Translations under genes and position numbers: made by a program
In this document: positions 14,382 through 28,320 of the stretch, piece after piece
How positions within the stretch are numbered: position 1 is the stretch's first letter
How the letters are laid out: each line of letters begins with the position of its first letter
The notes under the pieces: model-generated
What the model saw: the letters and a program-made list of their open reading frames with translations, nothing else
The model's database searches: none
Told to the model about the DNA's origin: nothing
Source: Lingula anatina
Lineage: Eukaryota > Animalia > Brachiopoda
Assembly: GCA_051362555.1 (NCBI GenBank)
Contig: CM120640.1
Span: forward strand, 9,114,001 to 9,178,000
Reading direction: 5' to 3'
DNA length: 64,000 bases

Positions 14382-17300
14382 GGCCTCTATTTCTATAATA
14401 TGCAAGTAGTGTATAACTTGCATTTGTGTTGTAAGTGATGTGTATATATTTGGTCTCTTAATACCCAAGTGCGTACCAAAGTTTGCAATTTTGTATTGCT
14501 CCCTGTATATTACTGACAACATGGATGTATTCCCAAAGAAGTGTGATAGAACCAGTGAAAGATGGTCTACAGAATTTCTCATTATCAGAGGTGACCTTGA
14601 AAGGTCCATTTTTTGTAAATATAATTATTCATACAAATTGTTAATTTTGTGCTTCTGTCTGTAGTCACTTTGCTTGCTTGTGTAAATGACTAGTTACTCA
14701 TGTTTTACTGAGATAGAATAACCCTTGAAAGAGCCCAGAGGTCGGGCTCAGAGACAAGTCATTAGATGTTTATACTGCAATTATGGCTTCATTTTTTAGT
14801 AATAATGTTGATAGGAAATGAAAATGGATCTTGACAAATGCAAGTGTATTTTTGCAATTTCAGAAGAATTATTACTTCCATGTTGTCTGTCTGTTTTACC
14901 CAACATTACTTTGAAATGATATTAATTTTACAATGGTTATCAAGTTTTAACTTGTTCTGTGGTTATTAAATGAATGGTTCAATTTAATTCTACATATTTA
15001 CTGACAATAAACTACTTTATGGTAGTTTTCATGTGTGGATTTTTAAAATTCCATGATAAATTGTTTCATTTCTAAGCCAAAGGCTAACTTTCAATCATGA
15101 ATTTATCTTCTTTCACCTTGAATGTTAGCTTTTTGTTACAGATTTATTACATTGTTGCCAGTAAAGTATTTGTTGAAAATTATTGAGGAAATTATCAATT
15201 CAGGTAAATGTATTGTGCCCATTATTAAACTCTAATGCCAATTCTAAAGGTTTTATTTCATTGTCTGTTGTAAACTTGTTAACAAAAAAGGTGCATTTTA
15301 CAGAGGAGCTCCAGCTTTGTTCCAATTTTTTGTCTGAGGCTTCCCTCACACAGGCTTCTGAATCCAGTCTTTGTAGCATGGCAAGCAGTAGATTAGATTT
15401 ATTCTGGATATTGTTCCATAGCTTTATTGTCTGTTAGGTAATAAAATGACAGATTGTCTTATATCAAACATACTCTTCGTTTGACACTTATTTGATTATA
15501 ATCAATTTCTTAAATAAAGGCAGGCCAATGAGGGGATTATTGAGGGTGTTCCCTGCTTTCTCACCCACAGTTCTTTAAACCATGGAAATGCAAAACCAAC
15601 TTTTTGCTACACTACGTGGTGTGCAATTCAGATAAACATTGACATTTTCACATAAATATATCGAAATTGATGTAGTTTCTCAAAATTCTATATTTCTCAG
15701 TCATTTTCGATGGAAGACGATACTTATCCATTTTGTAATGACAAATTTCCTTTGCTTATCGAAGTACATTTGATTTTGTAAGTTTAGCAAGTGCCATCTT
15801 GAATTGCCACTTGGACGCTTGAAGAATGAGGGGATTTTATAACACATTCGATATGCATCAAGAAAGAGCGTTTCCCAGAGAAATAAAAATAATAATAATA
15901 ATAATTCGAGTAAATATGAATCAAACTTTATTTCAAATTTAAGTGAGAAGTACAACTTGAAAGTGAAAGTAGCATCAGAACTGCCAATATTATAAAGAGG
16001 TATAATGAGATGCAATAATTGCATCATAAAAATACCTGCCTATAAAGTTTTTGCCAAGGTATTTATTGATGCAGGCAAGATAAGATGGACCAAGCCAGCT
16101 GAAGCTGACAAATGTACAGATGACCTTTCTCAGTCTGAATACTAAAAAACCTTGTATACTTGATAACTGCACCCACTTTTAAGCCTTGCATATCTGAACC
16201 AAGAAATTTGAAAATGAAAGATTCTCCATCTTTAGAAATATTGGAAATTGAGCAAAATTGATAAAAAAAAAGTGGTTTTTCAAATTTAAAGAGATTAAAC
16301 AGGGAATGAGGCAGGATGTTTTAACCCTTTATCAAAGGACTTTGGTCATAAGACCAACTGGTTGATACGAGCTCCAGATGCTTGAATGTCATCCACATAA
16401 AAAACTATGCTGTAAACAGTGATGGGGCCAGCAATATGGCAATATATACTGAAGCAATGAATGATAATCTGAAACGTCAAACTATTCAAACAAGACTATA
16501 TACTACCACTACATCTTCACTTTATGTGCATTGCAGCATTTTTGCACATTATTCAACTATGAATTGTGCATTGTACAATATGCAAAGGCTTCTTAACTGG
16601 TCTTTACAAAAAAAAGCACCACTGTTAAATTAGCTGACACTACTATTATAGTAACCTTTAATACTTTAAACTTTTTAAAGTCAACAGTGAAATAAAAACT
16701 AAGAATATAACTTAACTAGAAACCAATGTATATCTTAAATGAAATCTCATCTTGAGACTTTTCAAACTTAAAAGTATAAATGTAACTAAAAATAACTAAA
16801 AATATATCTTCTCTTGATCAAAACAAATTATTTACATGTATAAATTGCCCACTGCTAATAGGAGGCATAATTATCAAAGCATATCCTTAAATGTTAAACC
16901 GAAAAAAAAAAAAATTCTTTACAACCAAATATACGCATATATTCTAAATAACAGTTTTGGAGGAAAAAGCCACAGAGTTAAGCAACGTAATAAATTCAAA
17001 TGAAAACTACTATTTCTTTTTTTAAAAATATGACAGTTTGGCAGCACAATTATGAATATGCTTTGGTAATCATTTGTCATTATTCAAAACTAAACTCCAA
17101 CAAGAATTTATGTTTAACAACTCATCTACTCTACTGTTTAACAGGACTAAATCTACATAAATTGTTAGTAGAAAGTAAGGAATGTTAGTAAAAAAAGATG
17201 ATAATCATTTTCCCATCAACAAATTTCAACAAAATTTGACAAGATTTTCATGGACAAATAACAAGGGTCTGTAAAGCTATGCAAGCTATCAGCCATTTCA

Positions 17301-18477
17301 AAAATGTTCTGAAGGCATGTGTTAAACATTACATCTCCACAAATTCTTTACATTTCATAAACAAAAATCACATTTGCCTGAAATGCAACCAAACCAAGTT
17401 TTCACTTTTTAAATGAAAAATAGTTGTCCAAATTTACAAACTCCAAGAAGATCATATATGGCATATCTTGCAATTGAAATTTATCAAAATTTCTCTTATC
17501 AGCAGAAACCCATTAAAATAATAGACTGTTAAGGTAAGGATTAAATTTTTAACGAGTCAGAACAATCCTTTTTAATTAACAAGTTATGTGTTACGTTTCA
17601 TCGAAAGTAAACATTAAAATACAAACTACTCACAATAGACAAACTAGACAGATTTAATCAACAGAGACACTATGACATAAAATAAATGTTAATTTTCACA
17701 TAATACTCAACAAAAATGAATTTAAGACATTATTTTTTAAATGATTGATTCATACTGTTATAAGATATTCATCATATAATCAAAATTAAGATGGAGAAAG
17801 AGAGGGAGTGCAAGTTACCAAAGACAATAGTTTTTTTTCTAAGTGTAGCCTTTTTTCTTTAGCAAGACCCTCTCTTTAAACATTTTTATAAGCACCTTTT
17901 AAAAAATCTAGCTACCATAGTTCAGGAGTCCTCTCCTTTTTGCAGATTTAAAAGGCCAAAGTAAGATTATTTCACAAATAGTATGCCAGCATACTTCTAT
18001 CAAGATTTATAATTAATGTTAAATAACATCTTTTTCACAAATATCAAAAATGTCATTATCAAACAATATCTTCCAATTTGTAACATGTAGCTTAACTTTG
18101 CACTAAATACGAATCTCAATTTGTCTTTTTTTCTGGCAGCATTTTACACAAACATCCTCAAAATGACATGGATATACAAACAAACAAACAAACAATAGAA
18201 TTTGGTATATAATTTTGGGCAATAATTGAAATTTAATGGAGCACGTCTCATTAAACCTTGTGATGTACCATTTTTTAGGTTGAAAGGAATCCACCAAGAC
18301 CTCTTCACACATACCACCCTCTCATTAAACGTTTCCTTAAAACCACATAAAATGTAAAATGCAGCTCATCTCTTTTAAAGTTATCCTAAATTTTAAGACA
18401 AGATTACATAAGACATATTATTTATGATGGTTCCTCTTTAAGAATCAGTGCACCAATACTTGCTAAAACAGCAGTGC

Positions 18478-21090
18478 TTAGAACAGCTTTTTCATCACAT
18501 TTAAACGCAGCATCTCTCCACACCGAGCACAGCGCGGGTAAGCCTTACTTCCTTTACGAGGGATGTGCCAACAGAAACTGCAACGCAATCTGTACTTTTT
18601 GTATCTACAGTAGAAAAAAAGGAATAATATTTAAAAAAATGAAATATTTTTAAAATTAATTTAACATCCATACAGATAAGTGAGTGACGTTTCAACTTGC
18701 ATCAAAATAGTACTACACTTAACAATTAAAAGGTGTGCCAAATGTTTCATATACTTGTTGTAATAAATTAGCTTAACATAACTTTACCAATTCATATTAA
18801 AAAAAAAAACCTTAACAGCAAAAGACGTGCAACAAAGACATCATTCTCATTTGCACAGATTACCTTATACCACATGCATTACAAAGGGGTGTTCCATCTT
18901 CTGCATCTCTCCACAGTGGAGTTTTCCTCGTGTTGCAGGAAGCACACTGTTTACCTATAAATATCAATGCAAGATAGTCCGGAAAAATAGTGTTCACAAA
19001 CTTTCTTCCTTATTTGGCATGAAACAACTAATTCACAAAACAAATGCCAAGTAAAATCAACTTATCTGTAAACAAGGATCTGGATATAATTTTAATATGA
19101 CACATAATTAATAAACAAAATATAAATGGTACATAAAAAGTCAACATAAATCATACTGGCAACCAATCAACAGAAAATGAACTAAAAAACACTCACCAGA
19201 GTGATGTGTATAACACTGGTATGGAATTCTGGTATATTTGCCCCGAGGTTCATCAGATTCGGAATCTGTAGCTGACTCACGGCTTCCACTGCTGTTATGG
19301 TGGAAAGAAAACACCTCAGCTTTGGGCCTTAATTTCCTACGATTTGTTTTGCATGGGCTGAAAAAGTACAATTTGTATCAATTTATCTTATTGGCATTAT
19401 ATCTTATAGTGCTCTTGACAATAAATTCTTAAATCGATCTTTATGAAGCATTAGTATCATACTGCCTGGTGAAAAAAGGTATTGTAATATTATTTTGCAA
19501 TACTAAAAAATAAAAAATGCCCAAAATCTAAAGCCCACCTGAAATCGGAGTCTATTTTGAGTTGGACCAAGCCTTCTTTAAACTCTGTTTTCAGACTGAA
19601 CGTTATTCCTCTGAAATCTGGGTTAGTCCTTTCAGCACTCCTCTGAGGTTTCATAGGTTTTCTTGGTGTCTTGTTCTGAACCCTTTTTTCCTTGTGACAC
19701 ATATCCTCTGGCTCTGATATGTCTTCAATTTTTTCAGCATCAGACCCCCTGTTTGAAATATGGTCAAACTGCAAGTGACTACTGAAAGGCTCAGTCAAGG
19801 GTGTCCAGCTTCCAGTCCTCACCTCGTTCTGGTTCCTTTTCAGCACCACTTCATAAGATAGATGTGAAGAAGGCTGTGACTGGTGCTGGGTACCCAAACC
19901 ATGTTTGTTGTTACTGACCAAATGCAGGTCTTTTGGGGCAACAACTTGGCGCACAGGTTCAGGAATACTTATATTTGACCAGCTAGAACTGCTGAAATTT
20001 AATAGTATTACCTAAAGGTATGCTATAAGTATTTCAAAGTGTCCCATATTTTCTATGTCTATATATTTTGCAAGCTATTCATCTTTCCCAATTTAAGACC
20101 CGAAAACTATACAAATCACTCAAATACAAGTATCTGACATTGATATTTTCCTTCTCAAATATGCAGAAAGACAACTATCAAAATTTCTGTCCAGACATTT
20201 AGAACTAAATTATATCATTAGAAGTGTTAGAAAATGTGCAAAAACAGGACAGGTTAGAGCACTGAATCTTTAGCAGGAAAAAAGCATTTTGTAGAGGTAA
20301 CTTTGATTTGATGCAAAATCATAGATAAGTATTAGAAAAAATAACTCGCTATCAAAAATATCAAAGTAAAGTGGTTTGAATTATGCACATAACTATGCAT
20401 TTCCCTAAAAATTCATTCAATAAACTCTTTAGAAAATCTGAATGTTTTGTTTATAGCAATATTGTTAATGGTGCTATCTACATGATAAGTAGCTTTTATC
20501 AGAAAACAATGAATCTTTATTCCTGAAATGTCTGTGTATAACTTATAAGCAAAATATTTCATGGAACCTTTCACAACTACCTCTGGGTACATTTCGAAAA
20601 TCTGCATCTAAGAGATGTGTTATGTTGATTCACTTAGAGCATTTTTGTTGTGAACATAATCAATTGGCGCAATTTAACAAAGAGCAAGTTATTCGTAATG
20701 CATTTGCCTACTAATTGTTTCTCTTTAAAATCGAGTTGTGACCGCCGCAAACCGGTCAATTGCGTCTGTAACACTGTAGTAAATACCCTGGGGATTTTAA
20801 CTCATTATATATAAAAATAAAGATAAAAATCGATGCATATCTTAATGAAATAAAAAACATTACCTTTGATTGAGCCATGGGAGATAAATAAAGTTTCCAT
20901 AAAATATCCCCGAGGCACGATGACTTGAAGGACTAGTGCTGGAGTTCAAGTTTCCAACCGTTCTTGAATCGTTGGCGAATACGTTGGAAAACCCTCCGTT
21001 GTTGCTTTGATTGTCTTGTGCACTTGTTTGTGAACCATTTGTGTCGTCACTTAAGAAGGAATTCCCGGTTATTTTAATTGCATACACCAT
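18478..21090 (-). CDS. ZGLP1: ZGLP1 (GATA-like zinc finger protein 1) ortholog, about 352 aa, 5 coding exons
   Basis: Exons 21090-20864, 19991-19539, 19357-19197, 18954-18864, 18604-18478, all phase-compatible. Encodes RKPMKPQRSAERTNPDFRGITF (matches the ZGLP1 RKQ..DPxFxGVT motif), the GATA finger CASCNTRKTPLWRDAEDGTPLCNACGIRYKKY, and a second C4 motif CSFCWHIPRK..RCARC. Start ATG (21090) is tentative. The finger exons are absent from the ORF track. Confidence 0.9.
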
Positions 21091-23359
21091 ATTTACTACA
21101 ATATCTCTGATACAATCACTGATGCCAAATCGGTTTTTCAAACTTCGCGCACTTGTGAGCTGATGCGGTGACTAACGCCTTTATAGGTCTTCGCAGGCCC
21201 AATTTAGTCAGTTACGCACTATTTAACGCGTCTTGTCACTTTCTTACATAACTTTGTTCCAGATGCTTCTTTCGTGCCCCTTCGATCATTTCCATCAGCC
21301 GTGAACATAAGTACTAAGGGCTCATTCCCAATAAATATATCGTTCTACGTATATCGATCCAACTCCGCGGGAACTCTCGCTGAATGCAATCAGACTAACA
21401 TATTAACACGCCTCCTCTTGTTTCCAACGTACTCGTATTATCACCAGGTTTTCTTTATTCTACTCAACGCCAGGAGGAAGCATGTTAATCTGGCTGCATT
21501 CAGCGAGTCCCCGCGGAGTTGGATCAATCTACGTAGAACGGCAGTTTCATTGGGAATGAAGCCTAAGACTACTAAAGTGAAAAAGGTCGTTGACAGTCAT
21601 CATTACCGAACTGACCGTGGAGAAATTGACCTAGTGTCGTTCAGCATATGTCACAGTATGTAGCAATTGTTTTTTTTTTTTTTTTTCAATTATCTTGATT
21701 GTTAATAGCAGCAAAAAACATATGATTCCTATATTTAATTTCGATCACAAGTAATAAAACAAAACAAGTTCACGACATTGTATTGACACAAAAGTTACAT
21801 ATCTGTTTACGTCCCCTTATCGTTACTCTCCACAGGTAATATAATGCGACACATTTTTTTTTAATTTTGAAATTTACCGTAAATAACAGAATTTTCGAAT
21901 TGTCATTCTAAAACCGCGTGACTATCAGACAGTAACAATGCGGAGAGGTTCAGAGATGACCCCAAAGCATTCTGAAAAAAAGTAAAATAGACCTGTCTAG
22001 GTAAGCAGTAATACATCCAAATACACCTTTCTTAGAGGGCAGCTGTATTTTCAGTTTTAAATCGTCTAATAAAATGTTAAAGATATACTACGCGTCTGTA
22101 AGGTGCACTGTAGGTGACATGCTTGAATGCAAATTTTCATAAACAAGTTAATTTAATTGCCAAACACGGCTCCAAACTGCTTTTTTATCTTAAGCATCTC
22201 AAAGAAAACCATATTACCTATGGGAAATGTTTGAGTTCGGATCTGGACGGAATGATGGTCCATCAATATTATTAAGCAATGACTGAGAAATTTGATGTGT
22301 TATTTTGAGGTTGTAATGTACTGGTATGTTGACTTCAGGCTATGATACGACAACGACGCAGGAAAAATATTACATAAAGTGAAATTCAGCTGTTTTTTAT
22401 GAAATCATTAGATTTATGACCTGTGTTTTGGTGACTGTTGAATTACAACATGCAGTCTAAAATGTCACATCATTTGACGGTTGTATTATCATGTTCTTTA
22501 TATATTTACAACCAATAATTCCCAGTTGAAAAAAAAACTTTTAAACTTGTTTGAGTACAAAATAAAAGCTGTAATAAAGAAAGATCGCATGCTCTAAAGC
22601 AAATTTGCTTGTGTCTAACACAAAATTATTCCTAAAAGATTTTTGATCGTGCTTTTGCTAGCTAGGCCTACCTTTTCATTATTGTTATAGTTTAACTTCG
22701 ATTTCTCTGAGCAATCTATGCAAATATGTTTTTTAGTTCACGATCCTTTTAATAATCCCCACCTAATCTCGCTACATAATAAGGCTCCCTGGGTGATCTC
22801 ACATTTCAATTTTTTCACAACTAGCGAAGTATTTAGTTTTATGTATAACACATTCAAGTCCCTAAACGCTAGCCCTAAACATAAATGTCGCTTCATTTTG
22901 AATACCCCACCCCTCGATACCATTGAATTTCAAGTAAACAAAAAACGTGAACGTGTGTATAATTTCAGTTAGAGAATGTCGCCATTTTGAACTCTTTCAT
23001 CTAACTGGAGAAATGAAAATCATATAAGATCTAACGATGAATCATCTTCTTTTAGGCTTATTAAGTTAATTCTTATCAATTTGATTTGTTTGACATGTTT
23101 TTTTTTATTTTGATATACCAAAATTCATCGCTTTTAAAAGAAAAATAATGAATTTTAATTTCTGATTGCCATCTTTTTTGTCTTTAGACCTATTTTTATG
23201 TTTTTATTGCAATTTAGCTTTTGACGACTTTTCCTCCTTGCATTTGGCTCAACAGATAGGCCTACTATAAAATAATAATATATAAAATTTAAAAAACATA
23301 ATAATGGTATTATTGGATTTCAATAGCGCAGAGTTATTAATTACGTTATCATATAACAG

Positions 23360-23720
23360 GCCTCCACTTATATTTGCATGATTTATTTCCTATCAGATAT
23401 TCCCGCCATCCATATTCCTCTCCATCCGTGACCGTTCACACCTACACAGGAAACACTTAAAATGAGCTGAGCATGCGCACATATGCGTTGTGAAGGCAAA
23501 CTAAAATGGAAGACTAGTCGAAAATCAGAATGCATCATTTAAAACTCTTTTTATAAAATACGGGAAAGGTGGGTGAAAATAACAAAACTTATAGAGCTTA
23601 AATATATCAGTATACACTAATAACTGATCTAAATGTCCATTGAGATTCTTCAACTTGTGTTAGATAGAATCGATGCGCACCCGCCGCTGCATTGCAGAGA
23701 AACCGAGAAACAGTATAATC
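23360..23720. promoter_or_regulatory. CpG-rich candidate promoter / 5' UTR region of UBE2U, head-to-head with ZGLP1
   Basis: Local CpG enrichment, NRF1-like GCATGCGCA (~23471), octamer ATTTGCAT (~23371), donor-like AAG|gtgggt (~23568). The UBE2U ATG lies immediately after an acceptor at 24521, implying an upstream non-coding exon. Confidence 0.4.
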
Positions 23721-24521
23721 GCTGTAGATTATAATGAACTGAATCTTAAGTTATGGAATGTTATAACTCAGTATTCCGCTCTGAACTAAGCAACGGATTG
23801 TGGGCTAGCAGTAGATTTGTGAAGGTGATTTCAGTCTGTGATAGTTTTTGCCTTGCTGCATGTAAAAAAGAGGTCCTTATTGATTGTTTCACTGTAAAGT
23901 GGCTGGAATCAGTTAGTCAGTTGCAAAGCTGTTGGAGATTTACCTTCAATTTTAGGCTGGTCTGTGGTGAGAGAAAGAGAGGGGATGGGGGGGGGGGGTT
24001 GACATCTTTTTCTTCACTTTTATTTATGTGTGGGCAAATTGATTTTTTTCATTGAATACCTTTGTCAGTGTATTGTCGAAGTATAGTTGATAACCATCCC
24101 TAGCACTCCTGTACACATTTTTAATATACATTTTTGTGCCAGTGTCTGATATATATTGGTAAAGTTAAGATGAAAATGATATATTCTGTTCGTTTGTTGT
24201 GCACCACCTATATGAGTTTTCCTTTAATGTGCCCCACACTGATAACAAGGCATTTGATGTTGGCCTCTTTTAAGCCAATTTTTCAGAAAATCCATCAATC
24301 ACTGTTACAACAGCTTCTAATTAAAATTATCTGTATAAAATATATGCACCTATTTTCCCATCCAAAGCAAAGTTTGAAGCATATCACTCACCTTATCTTA
24401 ATATCTGACTATCCCGTGATCAGTATTTTGAGTAAATGTGAAAGAGAGCAACAGAGCCAGAAACTATTATAGGATGTGTAACTGCAGCACTATCATTCAA
24501 TTGCTTTTGTCTCTATTGTAG

Positions 24522-24836
24522 ATGTTCTCCAGGCCTCATTTGCTGATTGAGAGAGATCTTCAGAAGATACAAAAGGATGACCTATGGGTAATGATACATA
24601 TGCCATGTAACATCAGTGATGAGTAATGATTGAAAAAAGCTCATTGTTTATTTCAGTAATATATTAATCGCTGTGTAGCAAGACTGCATTTTAATATTGT
24701 TATGATATTTAGAATATTTTAGTTCTTTGTACTTATATTAGTATTTATTACTGTTCTTACTCATTTATTTAGTTTACATTGTTCACAGCACTGAGATGCA
24801 TTTGAAGTGCATTCATTGTTTTTTCTTTATAAATAC

Positions 24837-24882
<46 letters not shown>

Positions 24883-27657
24883 CCCATTTTTCTTCTTGTC
24901 AGTGAAAAAAAAATGGTCATAGTTTGATCATTTTGCTAGATCCAAGTAGAATCAAGTATATTAAGAACCCAATAAGTCATTGATCCCTACAGTAAGAAGC
25001 AATATAAGAAAACTTAGGACTCTGTATATTCTGACTAGTTCATTATTTACCTAGCAACAAAATAAAATCTTTCTTTTGTAGGGTATTGAAGCTTATCCAC
25101 TGACAGATGAAAACATATTTGAGTGCACTGCTAAAGTTAAAGGTCTGAAGGGAACAGCATGGGAAGGTATGTTTCAATGCAAAGATGGGCTCTTATAAAA
25201 AATCTATTTTAATATTTTCTTATTTTTAGTTTTTTATGACTTGTGCAAAATGATATGTCTACTACAGGTTAGTGGTTTTTATATTTGACAGTGTATGTCA
25301 TCTTGATTAATTAATGGTTTTGTAGGTGGAATATTCAGATTGTACATTCGATTTGATGAGCACTATAATGTGAGACCACCAGAGGTGTGCTTTCACACTA
25401 TACCCTTCCATCCTAATGGTAAGTCACAAACATCTTGAAGCATGTTTTATATTGTTTCTTAGATGTGTAAATATGTTATATCTTACATCTGGTTCTAAAA
25501 AATTACATTTAATTCACTGGTTTAGTGAAACCAAGTGTTTACATTGGTTGCATTGGATACAAAAAATCTTTTTTCCAGTAAGTGAAGTCAAAGTTATATA
25601 TGATATACTCAAAAATTTACAACTTTTCTTGGGAAGGTTTTTAGACTGAAAGATCTTCCTTTGTACATCAGTGATTTGAAAAAAAAATTGTCCACTATTT
25701 TGGTCAATTCATTGGCATACAACACATAATTGGTTTCAGTTGATGTGATTACTGGCAGACCTTGCATAGATTTCCTGGATGACTATACATTATGGAAGGA
25801 CACCTACACCATAGGTTACATACTCATGAATATTCAGGTAATAAAGGCATATTAAAGTGGAAGAATGTACAGTCAAGTGTCACAAATTATTTTCTACTTT
25901 ATTGACTTATATTATTTTTATCATTTCAAAATTATTAGGTATCACTGCAAACATATGTAAATCAAATCACCTTTTAACATAACTTTAGAAATCTCTGACT
26001 TCATGCAGTATTTTTCTCAATTGTGTACACTGTTGATATTTTAAAGATAATTTTTGCATTTTGCTCAATTTTCCCTCAGTTATTGCTGTGCAATCCAGTC
26101 ATAGAAAATGCAGTCAATTTGGATGCTGCTGATATGCTCATAACCTCCCCACACTCCTACAGACAGATGGTGCAGGACTGTGTGGCTGCTAGCCAGAGAG
26201 TGGATGGTTAGTGCAGAACATGAGAAAGATAGCTAACTTGGTTTTGCTGCTTACAGATTTTAGTATTCTGATTTTGTATAAAGTGTCTTGGAAATCAACT
26301 ACAGGTCTGGAGTGCCCCTTACTTGCTGGCAGTGTTTTTAAAAAGCTATGGGTAGTAATACCACTTGCCAGTTAGATTTTGTACGAAAACATAAATTTGC
26401 ACTTAATTAAAAAATGTCTTGGATATATTGATGAAACAATCAAGGAAAATTCTCATAAATTGCTGAAATTGCTTAGTACAAACTTCTTTGATACAATAAA
26501 ACCAAGATGGTTGTATTTATTTGTAGCTGGTCTTAGTCCACACCTGGATCAGGACACCAGAGTGAGGTTTGGTCCAACAGAGGTCAATGACACCAATCCA
26601 CAGACGGGCAGCCAGTCCATTTCCCTACGGAAAGCAGCAAGGATATCATTTGATGATTATCTTACAACATGGACTGGAATAGCAACTTCAAAGAACAATT
26701 TTGAAGAAAAAAATCCATGTAAGGTTCTTCTTTACTTAAAAGAAGTAAAACATACTGATTTTTACACCATGCTATCTGAACTGAGAACTAGTGTTTAAAA
26801 TCAAAGAAACAGCAATGGACTGAAGTACTCTGAGTCAACTTGGTAAATTATTTAATAATTATTTTTTCTCATTTCTAGTATTGGAAGCTCTCCAAGAAAA
26901 CCCAAAACTTCAAAACATTCATTATGGTCTGACACTTCAAGAACTGGAAGAACAGATGAAAAGACAGCTTGACGAGTAAGCTTCATAATAATTAATATAC
27001 ATTTGTCATTCAATTACAATAGGAAATTAAAATGTTTCAGTTAAATCTCATTCTTAAAAAGTACGATTATTGAATTACTGGGGATGGACTTGTAGTATCA
27101 ATAGTGAGGATTTGAAGACCTATTAAAAACATGCTTTTCACACAGATGTATTCTTTTATTTCAGACACAGTATGCTCACTTATGGGAAGTTTAAGAAAAA
27201 ACAAAGTGAAGAAGAGGAAAAAGCAAAGAAATTAGCGCAATTAAATAAAATGAGAAAAATTTACCTTCCAAGAAGGACTCCACCTCCTGGTAAGGATATC
27301 ATCATTGTACTAGCTTCTAAAGGACAAATAAATTTGCTTCTATTATGCTTGAATTGCATTTCTAAGACCATTTCATTAATGTTTCACATTTGAAAATAAT
27401 GCAGATAATGCTAAGAACATCTTCATCTCACTTCTCTGTAACTTTCAGGTTCTACTAGTCCCAGTTTTCCCAGAAGTGCAACAGGACGAGTAAGTCAAGT
27501 ATCAACAAATCACCATGGGCAGTTTTCCCCAAAGAGCCCTAGACATTTAGACCCTCCCATGGCAGTGACTGGGGAGAACCCCATAGGAGAGGCTTGGGAG
27601 CATGAGGTAGACGACTTAGTGGCATGGACTATGAAGTTGGATGAAGAAGCTCTGTGA
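24522..27657 (+). CDS. UBE2U: Ubiquitin-conjugating enzyme E2 U-like, about 363 aa, with long C-terminal extension, 9 coding exons
   Basis: Exons 24522-24587, 25082-25166, 25326-25418, 25740-25837, 26080-26206, 26527-26718, 26879-26975, 27165-27289, 27449-27657. Translation MFSRPHLLIERDLQ..GLKGTAWEGGIF..PPEVCFHTIPFHPNVDVITGRPCIDFLD..LLCNPVIENAVNLDAA matches UBE2U (IPFHPN, GxPCIDFLD catalytic Cys). Ends WEHEVDDLVAWTMKLDEEAL*. Confidence 0.88.
24836..24880. repeat. (ATT)n microsatellite in UBE2U intron
   Basis: About 14-15 perfect ATT/TAT units. Confidence 0.9.
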
Positions 27658-27767
27658 TAATAATTGAAATAATGTAGATAGATGGACCCCCCCCATAAGA
27701 CAGCCATGGCCCATACAGTCACTATTTGCTGTGCTTATATATCTTCCACCAGGCATAAGTGAATCAG

Positions 27768-27899
27768 ACCCCATTCCCATAGACATGCCATCGGTGTCAC
27801 CAGGAGGATTGTTAATCTGTGTAGCTAATTGCTCTCATCAAGAATCCCTGCAGAGTTAGGTCAATCCATGTCAACCAGTGAGTCTATGTGAATGGGTCC
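27768..27899. mobile_element. Short degenerate MITE-like element with termini related to the 28105/55751 MITE
   Basis: 5' GACCCCATTCCCATAGAC and 3' GTCTATGTGAATGGGTC are near-inverted; the 5' end is shared with the 28105 element. No clear TSD. Confidence 0.5.
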
Positions 27900-28104
27900 C
27901 AACTCTGTAGTTATTCATTTTCAAGAAAAGTGAGTAGTACTACATGCATGTGACTTAGATACTAGGTTATGCAGGATATGAAATAATTGGGTTTGCTGTT
28001 TTATACCCAACTGAAGACTGTGGGAAAAAATACTTTGCATCAAAATGCAATAAGTAAGAAAATACTGCATCAGTAATGTTAAGACAATGCTACTTGTTGA
28101 CTAA

Positions 28105-28320
28105 GACCCCATTCCCATAGATATTTAGATCGATCTATCCCCCTGGGGAGTCTCACTAGATTGGTGTCAGCTTAACCAGCTTAAATGTCTGTCCCGCCTA
28201 CTAAAAGCTGTAAGGGGGTAATTAACTGTCATGCGCACTTGGCTAACAGCAATTTAGCGTGAACCCCCAGGGAGTTAGGTCGATCCAGATGGATTGATCT
28301 AAATCTCTGGGAATGCACTC
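28105..28320. mobile_element. MITE (PIF/Harbinger/Tourist-like), copy 1
   Basis: Inverted termini CATTCCCATAGAT..TTAGATC / GATCTAAATCTCTGGGAATG, flanked by TAA on both sides (28102-28104 and 28321-28323). Closely similar second copy at 55751-55975. Confidence 0.8.

Noticed and set aside
21274-21663. 129-aa plus-strand ORF upstream of ZGLP1
   Set aside because: Non-ATG start, no motif; lies in the CpG-rich 5' region of ZGLP1.
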